Positions 39,649 to 53,002 are shown, counted from the stretch's first letter. The stretch: 64,000 nt of DNA from Harriotta raleighana (GCA_050575255.1 JBNZDD010013732.1:24426566-24490565); one strand, 5' to 3'. The notes: generated by a model from the letters alone, not told the origin. Numbers and translations: made by a program.

Positions 39649-40467
39649 CAGTAAAACCTTGTTTATCCGTGACTCAATGAACCGGAAAACCCGTTCAACT
39701 GCCACCTCAAAAAAAAAGTCCTGATTCGATTAACCGTAAGTTATCCGGCAAATAGTGACGATGCATTTAATGAATGAACTGTTGCAAGCGAGTGCAGTAC
39801 TCGCGAGTGCAGTACTCGCGGTTGGCCATTAGGCATAAACTGGTGAGATGCTCAGAGCCCTGGGCAGCAGCCGTTTACAGGTGAGAGAGAAGGACACACA
39901 GATAGAGAGGGACACCCACACACAGATAGAGACACACACACACGGAGACACACAGAGAGAGAGACACACTGATACAGAGGGAGGGAGACACAGAGACACA
40001 GNNNNNNNNNNNNNNNNNNNNNNNNNNNNNNNNNNNNNNNNNNNNNNNNNNNNNNNNNNNNNNNNNNNNNNNNNNNNNNNNNNNNNNNNNNNNNNNNNNN
40101 NNNNNNNNNNNNNNNNNNNNNNNNNNNNNNNCACAGAGAGAGAGACATACACAGAGAGAAAAAGTCGCGGTTTTTCTTACCTCATTCGTTTTTATCTGTT
40201 AATGGAAACTCACGCATAGTGATGCTATTACAACACAGAAGTTGCTACTTTGGTCAATCTGACCTAAAATAGTTTGGGTGAGGGCTGCGATTGCGAAGTT
40301 AAGTTTAAATAAAAGTACTAATACAAATATTCTGTTGTTATTTAGTCTATTATTAATATAGTATGTGTTAAAAAAAATTAAAAAAAATTAAAATCTGTTC
40401 AACCAGAAAAACGGTTTAACTGCCACTGGCCAGGTCCCGTGGGTGCCAGATAAACAAGGTTTTGCTG
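39649..40467. mobile_element. Tigger-like MITE with internal (GA/CA) microsatellite, inserted in a SINE
   Basis: TIRs CAGTAAAACCTTGTTTATC...GATAAACAAGGTTTTGCTG. The element splits the SINE tail TTTGATA|TA|GCACTTTTC at a TA. Confidence 0.85.
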
Positions 40468-40701
40468 TAGCACTTTTCGCATCTTCTAGACATCTCAAAG
40501 CTCTTCACAGAATATACAGTAAAGTGAATTGACTGTGCATTTGTGGCCGAAAAACACGGAAGCCAATTGCACACAGCAGTGCCCTACAAACAGATGTTGT
40601 GGACTTATTCATAGAAATTGACTGCCATGATTAGTCAACATGTCTATTATGATTGTAGCATGCAACTGTCAGGATACTAGAAGGCAAACTAGATGTACCT
40701 T

Positions 40702-41403
40702 TGTTGGGATATGGAGATATTAACAATTAATTATAGTCGGTTCCAATCAGACACCAATTAAAACAATCTATTAACAACATAGGCATGGTCAGCAATCTTG
40801 AGCAGGAAGGAGGGGAAATTGTCTGCGTGGGGCATTCCTCTGCACTAGAACAGCCTTGGGTGCTGGTCTGTGCACAATAACATCAGCAGCTTCTAGGATA
40901 AATAAAGAAAAGAAGGGAGGCAAACAACTCCCTACAAACCTGGCCTTTGTAACAAAGGCACAAAGGAATGTACTGTGGAGGGGGTTCAGGCCAGAAAGAA
41001 GGTAGAGCTAGACACAACATTTGGGAAATTGCCAAGTGAGTAGCAAGAGAGCCATCTCAAGGTCTGGGAAAAGAAAGGGAGTGACAAGCTGCAGGAAGAA
41101 TTCTGCATGTGTGTGAAAGCCGAGCCGGGAAAGAGCGAGTGCCTCAGGAGGACAGACAGGATCCGAAGTTGATGGAAGAGCTGTGACCCCGAGACAGCAG
41201 TAAAACCAGATCATCCGAAATAACAAGAAAGAAGACCCTGAAACAACGGAGCGAGCTTTGCTGGGTAGTATAATTTACAGATGCTTTAGTGTCAGCTCAA
41301 GGAGTATACCCGAATAAACCAACCTGCTTATTAAACAAGGAATAGAGACTGGCTGTAATCTTATTTCCGAACTAAAACTAAAGAGAAATCTTGATCTCTA
41401 ACA
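40702..41403 (+). mobile_element. Solo LTR (702 bp)
   Basis: TGTTGGGA...TCTCTAACA termini with a 4-bp TSD CCTT (40698-40701, 41404-41407). TATA-like GATAAATAA at about 40897 and AATAAA at 41313. The flanks rejoin as a CR1-like 3' end. Confidence 0.78.
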
Positions 41404-41619
41404 CCTTGGATCTTTTACCATCTAGCAATTCTTGTATTCTTATGTAGACTTCTGCCATTTCATCAATCGACTTTGGAAATTACCAGAGCACAAATAAGTA
41501 GGTAAAAAGTGACATTTGTAAGATTAAATAATATTTTGAAATTTGACTCAAGTGGGAGCCAAATTTAGTTAGCCCTTTACATCCAGTACAATCAAATGTT
41601 AAGTTTTTAACTGCGGTTA

Positions 41620-41802
<183 letters not shown>

Positions 41803-41885
41803 CTAAAATACATTTAATTTACAGGCATAAATCTTCTTCGTATTACTTTTCCAATTAATACATATACATTACTTTAAACCTTATA

Positions 41886-42305
41886 CAGTAAAATTCCTTA
41901 AATCCAGCACTTGTTAATCTGGAATGCCTTATAGTCCGGCATCTGCGATGGTCCATCTTTTTTCAATATGTGCATCTCTTCCCAGAGAGCCTTTACATTA
42001 CTCAGTGCATTTTCCTCAGGGGGCTGTCACGTTTAATAAGTGCACATGTGCGCTTCAATAAATGCGTGTGTGCGCACAATTTTTTAAAAAAATACTTTCG
42101 GTGGGTGCGATGCCTCTTTAGGCGGCCCGCCTGCTCCGCCAGGATGGGGAGAGCTCTGGTTTTCGCTATACAGATATGTAACATAGATAAAAGCACAGCA
42201 CACTCAAATCCTCCCACCCCTAAGAGTAATGTCCAATAATCCATCATATTTGCTAATCCGGCACTGCCTAGGTCCCGAACGTGCCGGATTTTCGGAATTT
42301 TACTG
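41886..42305. mobile_element. Tigger/pogo-like MITE
   Basis: TIRs CAGTAAAATTCCTTAAATCCAGCAC...GTGCCGGATTTTCGGAATTTTACTG with TA flanks. Confidence 0.82.
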
Positions 42306-42843
42306 TACTGTATTGCCAGTGGGTCTATCAAGCCAAGTTTTTCTACTCCAACTTGTGCATTTTCAACACTGAAAAAATCTGCATTATTACCATCGAAACA
42401 GTCAAATATCAGATTAATTAAATTCAGATAATGCAAAAATGAAAGTGGGGGAACGGCTTTGTGAAAGTGAGGAAGAGGTTTAGAAAATGTTGTCATCAAG
42501 TGCTAGCAGTTCATTTTATACTTTGATACCTCTATTATTAAAAATATTGTATTATTGCTACCTTGTGTGCACTCTAATCATTCAATATAAACTGTTTTCT
42601 CCCAGGGACCTTGATAATGCAGATGAATTCTGATTACTTTTTTTCTAAACTAATACAATACAATGATAGGTAATTCACTTTTTTGGCTCACCAATTAGTA
42701 CAAACATCACGCTTCTATTTCAGCTATTGTACAAACATTGTTGACTTCATTTCACCCCATACATTCCTGCCTGAAGAGACACAATTGATTAAAAATTAAT
42801 GCTAATCATGTACTAATGCTACGAGACATTTTGGTATGAGCTG

Positions 42844-43412
42844 AACAACAAATTACACTTGTATAGCGCCTTTCACGTCAAGAGGACGTCCCAAGGCGCT
42901 GAAGTCATTGATTCAGACCCAAGCTGGGGAGGCTGGAGGAAGAGGGGGCGATATGGGGTGACCAAAAGGGCTGTCGATGAGGAGTGTCTTGAGGCAGAAC
43001 TTGAAGGATGCTAGGGAGGGGGTCAGGCGGAGGAACTGCGGGATGTTCCAGAGGTTGGGGGCAGAGTGGCTGAAGGTAGGGCAGTTGGATCGGGGGACGT
43101 GGAGCAGGCTGGAGTCTGCTGAGCGGAGGGGTGGGCAGGTTGATAGGGGGTCAGGAGATCGCAGAGATAGGATGGGGCAGAGCCACGGAAAGCTTTGTGA
43201 GGACCAGGATCTTGAATTGAATTCTCTGGATGATGGGGAGCCAATGGAGTCGGGCAGGGATGGGGTCATGAAGCTGAAGCGGCAGACACAGGCCGCAGAG
43301 TTCTAGATATATGCAGCCTATGGAGGGAGGAATTAGAAAGGTCAATAAGCAGGGCATTGGCGTAGCAAAGCTAGGATGTGATGAAGGCATGAATTAGGGT
43401 TTCAGAGGACTG
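42844..43412 (-). mobile_element. L2-type LINE 3' fragment
   Basis: Translates ARLHWLPIIQRIQFKILVL and APNLWNIPQFLRL...FKFCLKTLL; family tail present. Confidence 0.85.
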
Positions 43413-45844
43413 AGGTGTGAGTTATTGGCAGACATTATCTGCATCATATAATCATAAAATTAGTGCAAAAGATTACCTGACAATCAATATTTATTTCATC
43501 TTAATTACATCAAATAACTTGATTCAATTAAATTGGGAAATAGATCAGAGCAGCAGTTACAAATGGAGATCCAGGTCACACAATGGACAATCCTTTAACT
43601 TCTAGGCTTTGCGTTCTGATTTATTTTGTAATACAGTACTAGAATAAAACATCTCAAAGAATCTAAGGAAGTCTCAACAAATTTGCTGGTGAACGCAGGG
43701 CTGTAAGTAATGTTCCCGATAATTTATCAGAAGACGAGTCTCAATTGAGTGAAGCTTGGAGGATATCTCAGTGCAAAATAACAACTTTACCATAACAATT
43801 ACAATAATCCTTGCATTTGATGTAGCGCTTTTCACTATAGGTAATGTTTGGCAGAGATTGCTAATAAACTTGAATGCAGTAAAGAGGGAGCTTTGCTCTA
43901 GATGTACCCTGCCCTATGTGTTGCCTGTGATTACAGTCAGGATCAGTCTTCACTCGCAAACATTGTTTTTTTTTAAAATGGTGTGTACTCTTGCAATTCT
44001 GGGAAAGAACAAAGTACCAGGTTAGGACTTTGAGCCAATTGTCCGGACTGCATTGTTGGAGGTGCCATCAAGCGGATGGGATGTTAAACTGAGGTCCTGT
44101 CTGTCTGTTCGGGTGGACATTAAAGATGCCATGACACTATTCGGTAAGAGGAGTTTCTCCAGTGTCCTAGCCAACAATCCTCCAAGTAAAATTGGACATT
44201 CACTACACTCTATAGTAATTGAATTTTCAAACCTTTTCTTCATTTTCAATCCATCATTGAAAATCTAAAAAGCAAGTGGTGTTTAAAAATACTGTATTGT
44301 ACAATGTGTTACAATATATTATATTGCATCCAAGACATGACAAACAGATCAGCTATTATGACTCTTTTCCCACATAAACAACAACGTCCTTGGAACCTAT
44401 GGTACCTAATAATTTTTTTTCAAAGGACTTAGCCTGGAAAGGTCAAATTTCAACAAAAGTTCCAATTTTTAAAAAAATCCTGGGGCATAATTACTTGTAA
44501 TTTCATCTCTATCATATTGAAGAATTTGAAAATCATATTACATGCTACCAAAGGAAGACAGGGAATATCCCTGTCAAATTCCTTAACTGTTTAGTACTTT
44601 GGGACGTCCTCCCGACACGAAAAGTGCTACACAAATGTTTTTATTAAATAGATGCTTACCAATTAAAGTTGACATGAAAAGTATTCGTTTTCCTATTTTC
44701 TCTTGCCAAATTGGCAACAACAACTTGTATTTATAAAGCACCCTTCGGCAGGATGGCATTTCAAAACACTTCTTTTTACGGGATACATCACTTGGCAGTA
44801 CAACACACAATAATCTCACAGTTTACCAGAATTCGGGTCTGCGGAGTTTAAGTATATAACAAATAAAACCAGGATTGAGATTGGTTTAATTTTAAAAAGT
44901 ATCATGTACTGAGAAAAAAACACTTGATGTGTGAATACTGCCGATGCTCAAACTGGGTTTTGAGTTGCATTTTCTTTTCTGGAATCAATCAATCCAAGAT
45001 AAATTCAACTTCAGCAAAAAGACCCAAGCTTTTAATATCGCAAAGAAAGTACAGTACTGTACTTTGAAACTTGATCTTGGATACAGTATTTCATATCTGA
45101 ATACAAATCACATAAGTTGATTTGTTCATCAGTGCAAACAGCAATGATCCACTCCCCCAACCACAAATTATATTTGTATAATTGCACATTAGGAGGACGT
45201 CCCAAGGTGTTGAGCTGGTGGGTTCACAAGGGTTCAGAAACTGCTCCTTTGGCATTCGCATTGGAGAAGCATAGAAGCTGAGCTCCATTCCTGAGTGAAT
45301 TTAACATATATAGTACTAAAATCTTCTAATCCTTTATGCGTCAGTGATCATCTTACAACTCGGATATACTTATGTGCTTAACTAAAAACCAAGTGTTCCT
45401 GCCCCATACTTCACAAATACTTGCACCACAAAAACAAGGAGAACTGGTTTCCCAATGCCCTTAGCCGTTAAGATTTTTCTTTAAACCCGTAGTTCCTTAT
45501 GGGAGCTCAAATATCTTCAATTATATTGCAATGTTAACTGTTCCTTAATACATTAAACATTCTAAATAATTAATTCACTTTCAGAATAACAACACACTCC
45601 TCTACATCTGCTAACCAAGCATTTTTTATTCCACTGTTTCAAGTAGTGTTAAAAGCAGCTATACTTGAGTGCACTCACACCGTTTACACAACTGGGTACA
45701 TTAGTAAATAAATACTAGAGCTAGCCAACATGCATTTTATTTAACAAACACGCTTGCTTACAGTTTTCTTATTTCCAAATTTGACAACCACACAATCTAC
45801 AAATCAGATTGCCAATAAAGTGGCAGGAAATATCCAATTGGAAT

Positions 45845-45977
45845 AAAAACACAAAATACTACAGATGCTGGAAATCTGAAACAAAAATAGAAATCGCTGG
45901 GAACACTCAGTAGGTCAGACAGTAGCTATGGAGAAAGGAAAAGTGAGTCAACTTTTCGGGTCCACGACGCTTCGTCA
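45845..45977 (-). mobile_element. Penelope-like terminal repeat with degenerate hammerhead motif
   Basis: Minus strand reads TGACGAAGCGTCGTGGACCCGAAAAGTTGACTCACTTTTCC...CTGACCTACTGAGTGTTCCCAGC. Confidence 0.75.
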
Positions 45978-46009
45978 TATATATCAAGTATTTATAGTCT
46001 GCAAAATAT

Positions 46010-46525
46010 AACAACAACAAAATGACACTTGTATAGCGCCTTTCACGTCGCCAGACACGAGCTGGGGACATTTGGGGTGACCGATGGTAGAGTCGAAGAG
46101 GAGGGTCTTGAGGTGGGACTATTCACCCCCTAGGTAGGAGGGACTGCAGGATGGAATTCCAGAGGTTAGAAGCAGATTGGCTGAAGGCTCGCTCGCTCGC
46201 CAATGGTGGGGCAGGGGACATGGAGCAGGCCAGAACCTGCTGTGTGGAGGGAGAGGACAGGTTGGTAGGGGTGCAGGAGATCAGAGGTAGAGTGGGACGA
46301 TGCCATGGAGAGCTCCGAATGTGAGGACCAGGATCTTGAATTGAATCCTCTGGATGATGGGGAGTCAATGGAGTCGAGTGAGATTGGGGAGATGGGGTTA
46401 CGGAGCTTGGAACGGTTGAGGACACAGGTCACAGAGTTCTGGATTATCTGCAGCCTACGGAGGGAGGAATTGGGAAGACTGATAAGCAGCGTATTGATCT
46501 AGTCAAGCCTGGATTTGATGAAGAC
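46010..46525 (-). mobile_element. L2-type LINE 3' fragment
   Basis: Same family as 42844-43412 (shared GAGGACCAGGATCTTGAATTGAATCCTCTGGATGATGGGG block and tail). Confidence 0.8.
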
Positions 46526-48289
46526 AATGATAGAAACAGAATACATTTTTTTCAGTTAGGAAAAAAAAAATTTAAACCAGCATCTTCTAAAGTAAATAGG
46601 AATACACTATTAAATGTACAGTACTAGTTATAGCATTTAGTCTTCAAATATGCTTTCTGAACATCTTTCATAGCATTTGACTTGTTCTTGACTACAGAAT
46701 AAATGCTGCAAATGTCCATTTTAAGGAATTTTTCAAGAAAATTATATATCACTCCCATTACATTTTAATGTGTTGTTAACAGAATGATGACTATATTTTA
46801 GCTCAAGGCTATTTGGAATCATCTGCCAGAAATATTTCAATTTAGGAGCGCAAGTAAACAAGAGCACATAATTAAAGGTCAGTACAATCTTCAGTACTGT
46901 AGTCTGCAACTGCACAAATTAAACAAAATTGTTTCCTTTACTAAGTGAATAGATTTAACTTTCACAGATATTGTTGATCAAAGGATAGATCCATTTTTCT
47001 AGTAGGTATGTCAAAACATTTTACTGGTGACCTTGAATTGTGACCCTTTCAGAACTGGATCAAGTAAGCAATGACACCATCACGTGCAAAAAAAAAATAC
47101 CCAGAACACATCATTACTGATGGGTGCCAGTGGAATTTAAGAAAGTCTTTAGAAAAATTCTGGAAAGTCAACTTCTACTGAACAATGCAGCACTGATGTT
47201 CCCGCACATTTCATGCTGGATGGAATTGGAGACATTGAGTTGACTAAAACAAATCATGCAGGAATGCTCATTGATGGATTACTGTTAGACCCATTAAATC
47301 TCTGCTGTTTTAGCTAACTGCTTCTTTTGACTGCTCAGCAGCACGTTAGATTTTCATATCTACACTCTGGCAATTTTGATTCAAATGCAATTACCAGTTA
47401 CAATACCTGCCAATATAGGTACAAGTGTACTTGAGACAATTATTTGGGCTGATACTGTCTTTTGAACAAGAATGCAATTGAATTAATCTCCAGATATGAT
47501 TTACATCATCATATTATGTTTGCAAAACAAAGGAAAGGGTTTTCCACGGTAGAATGGATTGCCTAATAGATCTGTGCATTCTGATACAAAGCCACTTCCC
47601 TGTTGGCAGCAAGACCTATATGCGAAAGGACCAATCACAACTTTGCTGAAATATCAAGTGTTTTTGCCAAACTAGTCTTGACAGTTGGGAAACCAATACA
47701 TGGTGGTGAAAGGCAGCAAAATATCTAATTTTCGGTATATGTAACAAAGTCTCCATTTGCCACTTTGGATATAAAATTCACTGAACAGTAATGAATGTGG
47801 AAGCACAGCACAGAAACAGGCCATTCAACCCTTGTCAATGTAAGTGTGTATAATCCACACCAACCTCCACCCCTCTTATGACCATCTATTCCATTCTCCC
47901 TGATGTAGGCATATAAATGTAATTTTGATTGATTTTGGATTGATAAGCATCAAGTTTTATCTAAAAAAAATCATGTTTTGTTTCACTTTGGGACGAGGAG
48001 ACTTCAAAGCAATCTGTAATTACGGTATATTGTATTTGCATGATTATTAACCCCACCCTTTTCGCTATGTCCTTCAAGCCGAGAAATACCGGTTTCAATT
48101 TTAAAGTGGTGAAAAAAATCACATATGTTTCATCAGCAAGAAGTACCTTTAGTGCATTTTAAATATGTTTATGCAGGTGTACGAAATTCACATTAAAGGA
48201 CGGAAAGGCAACAGACCATTTAATGGACATTGGTAAAAACATTAAAGCAGAGCAGTTTCACTTGGATCAGTGTTTGCAGGAAGTGTGCG

Positions 48290-48850
48290 AGTAAGAGGGG
48301 GAAGGGATTTGAGGGCAAAGTGGGGGGAACATAGAAGGAAAAGGCCGGGGGGGGGGATAAAGGGTAATGTTAAGAAGGGAGTGAGGGAGAGTGAGGGTGA
48401 TGGCAAGGGGGAGTGAGGGTGCGGGCAAGGATACGGGCAAGAGGGAGTGAGGGGGAGGAAGAGGAGATGGTGAGGGCAAATGGGAGTGAGGGTGCCGGCA
48501 AGGGCGGTGTGAAGGTGAGGGCAAAGGGGAGGGAGGGTCAGGGGGAAGCTAGGGTAAGGCTGAAGTAAGGGTGATGGCAAGGGAGGAGCGAGAGTGAGGG
48601 CAATGGGGGAGGGAGGATGGATGAGCATAAGACTGAGGATAATAGGGGAGGGAAGTGAAGCCTGAGGGCAATGAGGGAAGGAGCGTTGGGAGTAAGCCTG
48701 AGTGCAATGGGGAAGGGAGGGAGAATGGGTGAGGGTAAGTCTGAGGGAGGGTGCGTGAGGGTAAACCTGGGGGAGAGTGGGTGAGGGTAAACCTGGGGGA
48801 GGGTGGGTGAGGGTAAGCCTGAGGGCAGAGGGGGAGGGAGGGAGGGTGGA
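48290..48850. repeat. Purine/G-rich low-complexity tract
   Basis: About 560 bp strongly dominated by G/A on +, with recurrent GTGAGGG(T/C)AA units. It produces the spurious Pro-rich ORF 48242-49027. Confidence 0.85.
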
Positions 48851-48929
48851 GTTGATCGGAGCTGCAGTCGGAACTGTTAAGTGTTGATAGACTTTGTGCT
48901 TCCTGTCTCTGTGTCCCGGAGTCTCTCGC

Positions 48930-49470
48930 TCCCTGGAATCATCTGGAAGCCCCGGGAACATTCGAGCCGGTGGCACGTGCAGCCGCCGGGGTAACGGTCG
49001 CAGGAGCCGGAGCGGCGCTGACCGCAACCTCCAGCCCCGGTCCGGACGCGACAGGATCCCCGCCCCACACCACCACCCACAAAACTCCCATACCTTCAGC
49101 TATCAGCTCTTCCACCGTGACCTGGTAACGGCCCACAGTGTACACTTTCCCCTGGAAGGAGCCGCCCCCGCTGCCGCCTCCGCCGCCCGTGCTCCCGCCG
49201 AGGCCGCCCGTTCCGGCCGCTGCGCCTTCCCTCCGGGTGTCGAAAAACTTCTTCATCCTCCGTCTTTCCTTCCCTTCAGTGCTTCGGCTCCGACATGGGC
49301 GGCTTGTCCTCGGCTTGGTAGGTAGGTGGTGGGTCGCCCGTTCCTTCCCGCACAGCGAGAGACACAAACCTCGCTCCTTCACCTGCCGCCAGGCGGAGAG
49401 CGGTCACTGACGGCCGGAACCGGAAATCTAACTCACTTACTCCGAGGCAACTCGCATCGATCTGTAACTG
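48930..49470. promoter_or_regulatory. CpG island / probable AAK1 promoter region
   Basis: GC- and CpG-dense segment over exon 1 in an otherwise CpG-depleted, AT-rich window. Tandem ETS-like CCGGAA motifs at 49414-49426. Confidence 0.7.
49094..49256 (-). CDS. AAK1: AAK1 first coding exon
   Basis: ATG AAG AAG TTT TTC GAC...GAA G|gtatgg, 163 nt. Encodes MKKFFDTRREGAAAGTGGLGGSTGGGGGSGGGSFQGKVYTVGRYQVTVEELIAEG. Confidence 0.95.
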
Positions 49471-49612
49471 GGACAACAGCACCGTCTGACTGGGGCACTG
49501 ACAGACTGTGTGTGACACTGGGGCAGCAGCACTGTCTGGCTGGGACTCTGGGACAGCAGCTCTGTGTGACTGGGACTCCCAATAACATCTGGCTGTGTGG
49601 CTGGGACTCCAG
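49462..49612. repeat. Degenerate minisatellite upstream of AAK1
   Basis: Recurring CTGTGTGACTGGGAC/CTGGGACAGCAGC units. Confidence 0.7.
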
Positions 49613-49659
49613 CAGACGTTTCAGTTGACATAAGGTGCTAATAATTATCAAAGTATTAT

Positions 49660-50065
49660 TAATAAAATCCCTTTCAATTGGTATTGAATCACAGGGGGAG
49701 GACGTCTCAAAATATTTTTCAGAATACCCTATAGAGGGGAAAAACTGTTTTGTGAGCAAATGCAGCAGCCAATTTCCACCTGACAATGTCTCCCAAATAG
49801 TCATAAAATGAATGACCAATTTTAATGGGGGATTGTTTGTTGGGACAACGGGAGAAACTTCTCTTTTCAAATATTGCTATGAGATCTTTAACATCCATCC
49901 AAATAAGCAGATAAGACATTGGTTTAATGTCTCATCTCGGACAGCACAACAATGCGGTAAACCCAAACCCCAACAGCTATGTCTTCTGTGATCCAAGTCC
50001 TGCACAGAGCTTGAATCCACAGCCTTTTGACTCAGAGGTGAAAGTGCTACCCACTGAGTCAGAAT
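49660..50065 (-). mobile_element. Deu-domain-type SINE (L2 tail on + follows at about 50100-50213)
   Basis: Head CTCAGTGGGTAGCACTTTCACCTCTGAGTCAAAAGG, GAGATGAGACATTAAACC core, GGAGACATTGT...AAATTGGCTGCTGC, and TTTGAGACGTCC tail on -. Confidence 0.75.
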
Positions 50066-51413
50066 AACAACACTCGGTACATACTCAATCAGTCACTCTA
50101 AATCCCCCCCCCCCCTTTCCCTCCACCCTCCCTGTCCCCAGCTTGGGTCTGAAACAATGACTGTTCAGCACCTTGGGATGTCCTTCTGACGTGAAGGCGC
50201 TATACAAGTGTAACAAGAACTCCCAACAATGCCACAGTTGCTAGTTACAGTGTTTCCATAACTAATACTCACTCCAACTGGGACACTACAGTATTTCCAA
50301 ATTAATCTTTCTTACATGTCATCTGAATTTTGAGCTTGCTATCTGCAGCTGCTTTATAATATTGTTAGGAATATGATCCTCCATATCATTTAAAGATAAG
50401 ACAGATCTACAAGCCAGGATTGTTAACCACTTTGGACACCCTCTTGACATGAAAGGTGCTACATAAATGTACATTTGTATTGTATTGCAAATAATGTGAA
50501 TTGGGTGGGGAAGACAGATTTCTGTAAAACTTTATTAATCAGTGCCTGTTATGACCGCTTGATAAACAATTTTTTCCCCTGAGAAACACAAATATTTAAT
50601 GCTTGAAAACATTGTAAGAATCATGGTTTCCACCTTTTATTAACAATAGAGAAAGAGGAAATGATCAATGAGAGCTTGTTACAGTGTTAACAGTCATGCT
50701 GTAAAAAAAATTGCAACAGATTTGTTTTTAAAACAAACAGTAAAACTATGTAATCTTGAGTTCATGTTTTGTTATTGTAAATACTGCAACCAAGTGTTAT
50801 CCTGCAATATCTTGATGACCTTCATGCCATCTTAAATTTGTATTGCTTGATGTTGCATTGCATTGAGTCACATGTTGTATTGAGTTGCGATTTTGGTGGC
50901 TGAGGTTATGGTGTACATGGGCAGTGTCGAGATTTTAAAAAATCATTGTTGCATCCAATATAATTGTGCTGAAATTGAAATGTCTCAAAGCACTTTGCAA
51001 AATACAGTATTGTCAAGTTCAGTGAATGCATTTGTAGGTAAATACAGCTTCCAAATAGCACATAGTAATGTACCACAACAAGCTTTTAAGAGAATTTATC
51101 CAGAGAATAGTAGGCCACAACATCAAGAGAAACTCACTTTTTTTTAATAATCCAATTTAATCTCTACCTGATTGAATAGCATTTGTTCAACGCAGTGACA
51201 CTAAGATAAATCAAATTTTAATTGTCTGTGATTTGTGAAAAACGTTACATCAGACCAATGACCCCAATACACGGATTCCAGTCCTCAATCTCTCATGTTT
51301 CACCCTGTGCAAGTCTATATGCAAAGGAGGACCATTAATCACAATAAACTCACTCTTTCACTTTTACATAGGTTAAATTAAGATGCTGATTAAAATCTTA
51401 CTGATTTATTTTC

Positions 51414-51767
51414 CTTGCATTTTACATAGCGCCTTATCCCATCATTGAAACGTCTCAAAGCACTTCACAGAGTATACTGTAAAGTGAATCAAGTACTTGT
51501 TTTGTGGGCAAAATGTGGCAGCCAATTGCACATAGCAGTGTCTCACAAACAGTGTGAATTGAGTGACCCAATTTTTTTTAGAAAAGGTTTGAAGGGATTA
51601 TTACCTCTATAAATGATCCACCAATCAGCTGACAACCAGGTTCCTACTTACTGCTTGGTAAACAGCCGTGTGGAGTAAGAAAAATTTATTTTGCTTTGCC
51701 TGAGAATCGAATCTGGATCCAGTCGCTTGTAAGGCAGGTGCTCTAACCAATAGACTACAGAATCCAC
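51414..51767 (-). mobile_element. tRNA-headed SINE
   Basis: Same head, core and tail as 55475-55785. Confidence 0.78.
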
Positions 51768-52082
51768 AGTATTCATACGATAAAGAACTTGCTGAATTTC
51801 TGAATTCCAGTTAAAATCTTTCAAAACACCCTTGGGTAATAGGCACTCCAAGATTCACAACATCAGATTTTATTTCAACACAACATGTTCTTGGTGAACT
51901 CATTTTATCTACAAATATTACACCCATATAGAACAGATGACCTAAAGCAAAATAATTGTTAGCTCCTAAATTCATGGATGATTTAGATATTATCACTGCA
52001 CTGAAAAATTCCACAGTTCTGTTGAGCTGCATGGATAGATGTCCTTAGCTGAATATATTACTTTATAAAGTTTAGAAATATT

Positions 52083-52720
52083 AACAACAACAAAATTATA
52101 TTTGTTTAGCACTTTTCATGTTGAGAGGATGTCCCAAGATGCTGGACAGGCAATATTCCGGATACAAGCTGGGGTTAGTGATCGAGGAGAGTGGAGAGCA
52201 AGGGTGGAAGGAGATTCATCGAAAGCACGGTCAAGGCCCCCCTTGATGCAGGCAAAGGATGGAGCAAGGCGGAGCGATTGCGGGATGGAGTTCAAGAGGA
52301 TGGGGGAAGAATGACTGAAGGCCCACATACCAATGGTGGGGTGGGCGTGGGGGTTTCGTGGAGCCCAGAGTCCACTGTGCAGAGGAAGTGGGCAGGTTGA
52401 TAGAAGCTTAAGAGGTCACAGAGGTAGTAGGACTTTGAAGGTGAGGACCAGGATTGTGAACTGTATCTTCTGGGTGATGGGAAGCCAATGAAGTTGGGCG
52501 AGGATGGTGGTGATATGGTCATGGAGCCTAGTTGGGACAGCCAACAAGCAAGGAGTTTGCATAGTCAAGCCTGGATGTTATGAATGCATGTATGAGAATT
52601 TTGCCGGCCTGTGATGTGATACAGTGATGGAGCCAAACGATGTGGAGGTGGGGAAGGAGAGCAGTTCATGGGAAGGATGTGGGGTAGAAATGGTAGTTGA
52701 GGGTCAAACAAGATGACAAG
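52083..52720 (-). mobile_element. L2-type LINE 3' fragment (diverged)
   Basis: Family tail plus AFSHSSPILLNSIPQSLRL ORF2 remnant. Confidence 0.75.
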
Positions 52721-53002
52721 GTCTTGTTCATGCTAAATTCCATTTACAATTTTCCCCGCCCTTACCATTTATGTGGTAAACCCTAGTTTAAGAATAGCTT
52801 CATGGCTTGATAACTTCTTGTAGCCATGTATACTTACAGCAAATTATAGCTAAAATATGAAATTAATGAGAGCACATTGATGCTAGATTTTTTAAGTGCT
52901 GGATTTTACAAAGGGGAGTTGAAATTGGGTAGATTTACTCCCTGATATGAAGAAGGCTTTGTGTAGAATTTTCACTCTTTTTAGATTTATCATCAGTTTG
53001 CG

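Noticed and set aside
48242-49027. 261-aa Pro/Leu-rich ORF
   Set aside because: Translation of the low-complexity pyrimidine-rich strand in AAK1 intron 1.
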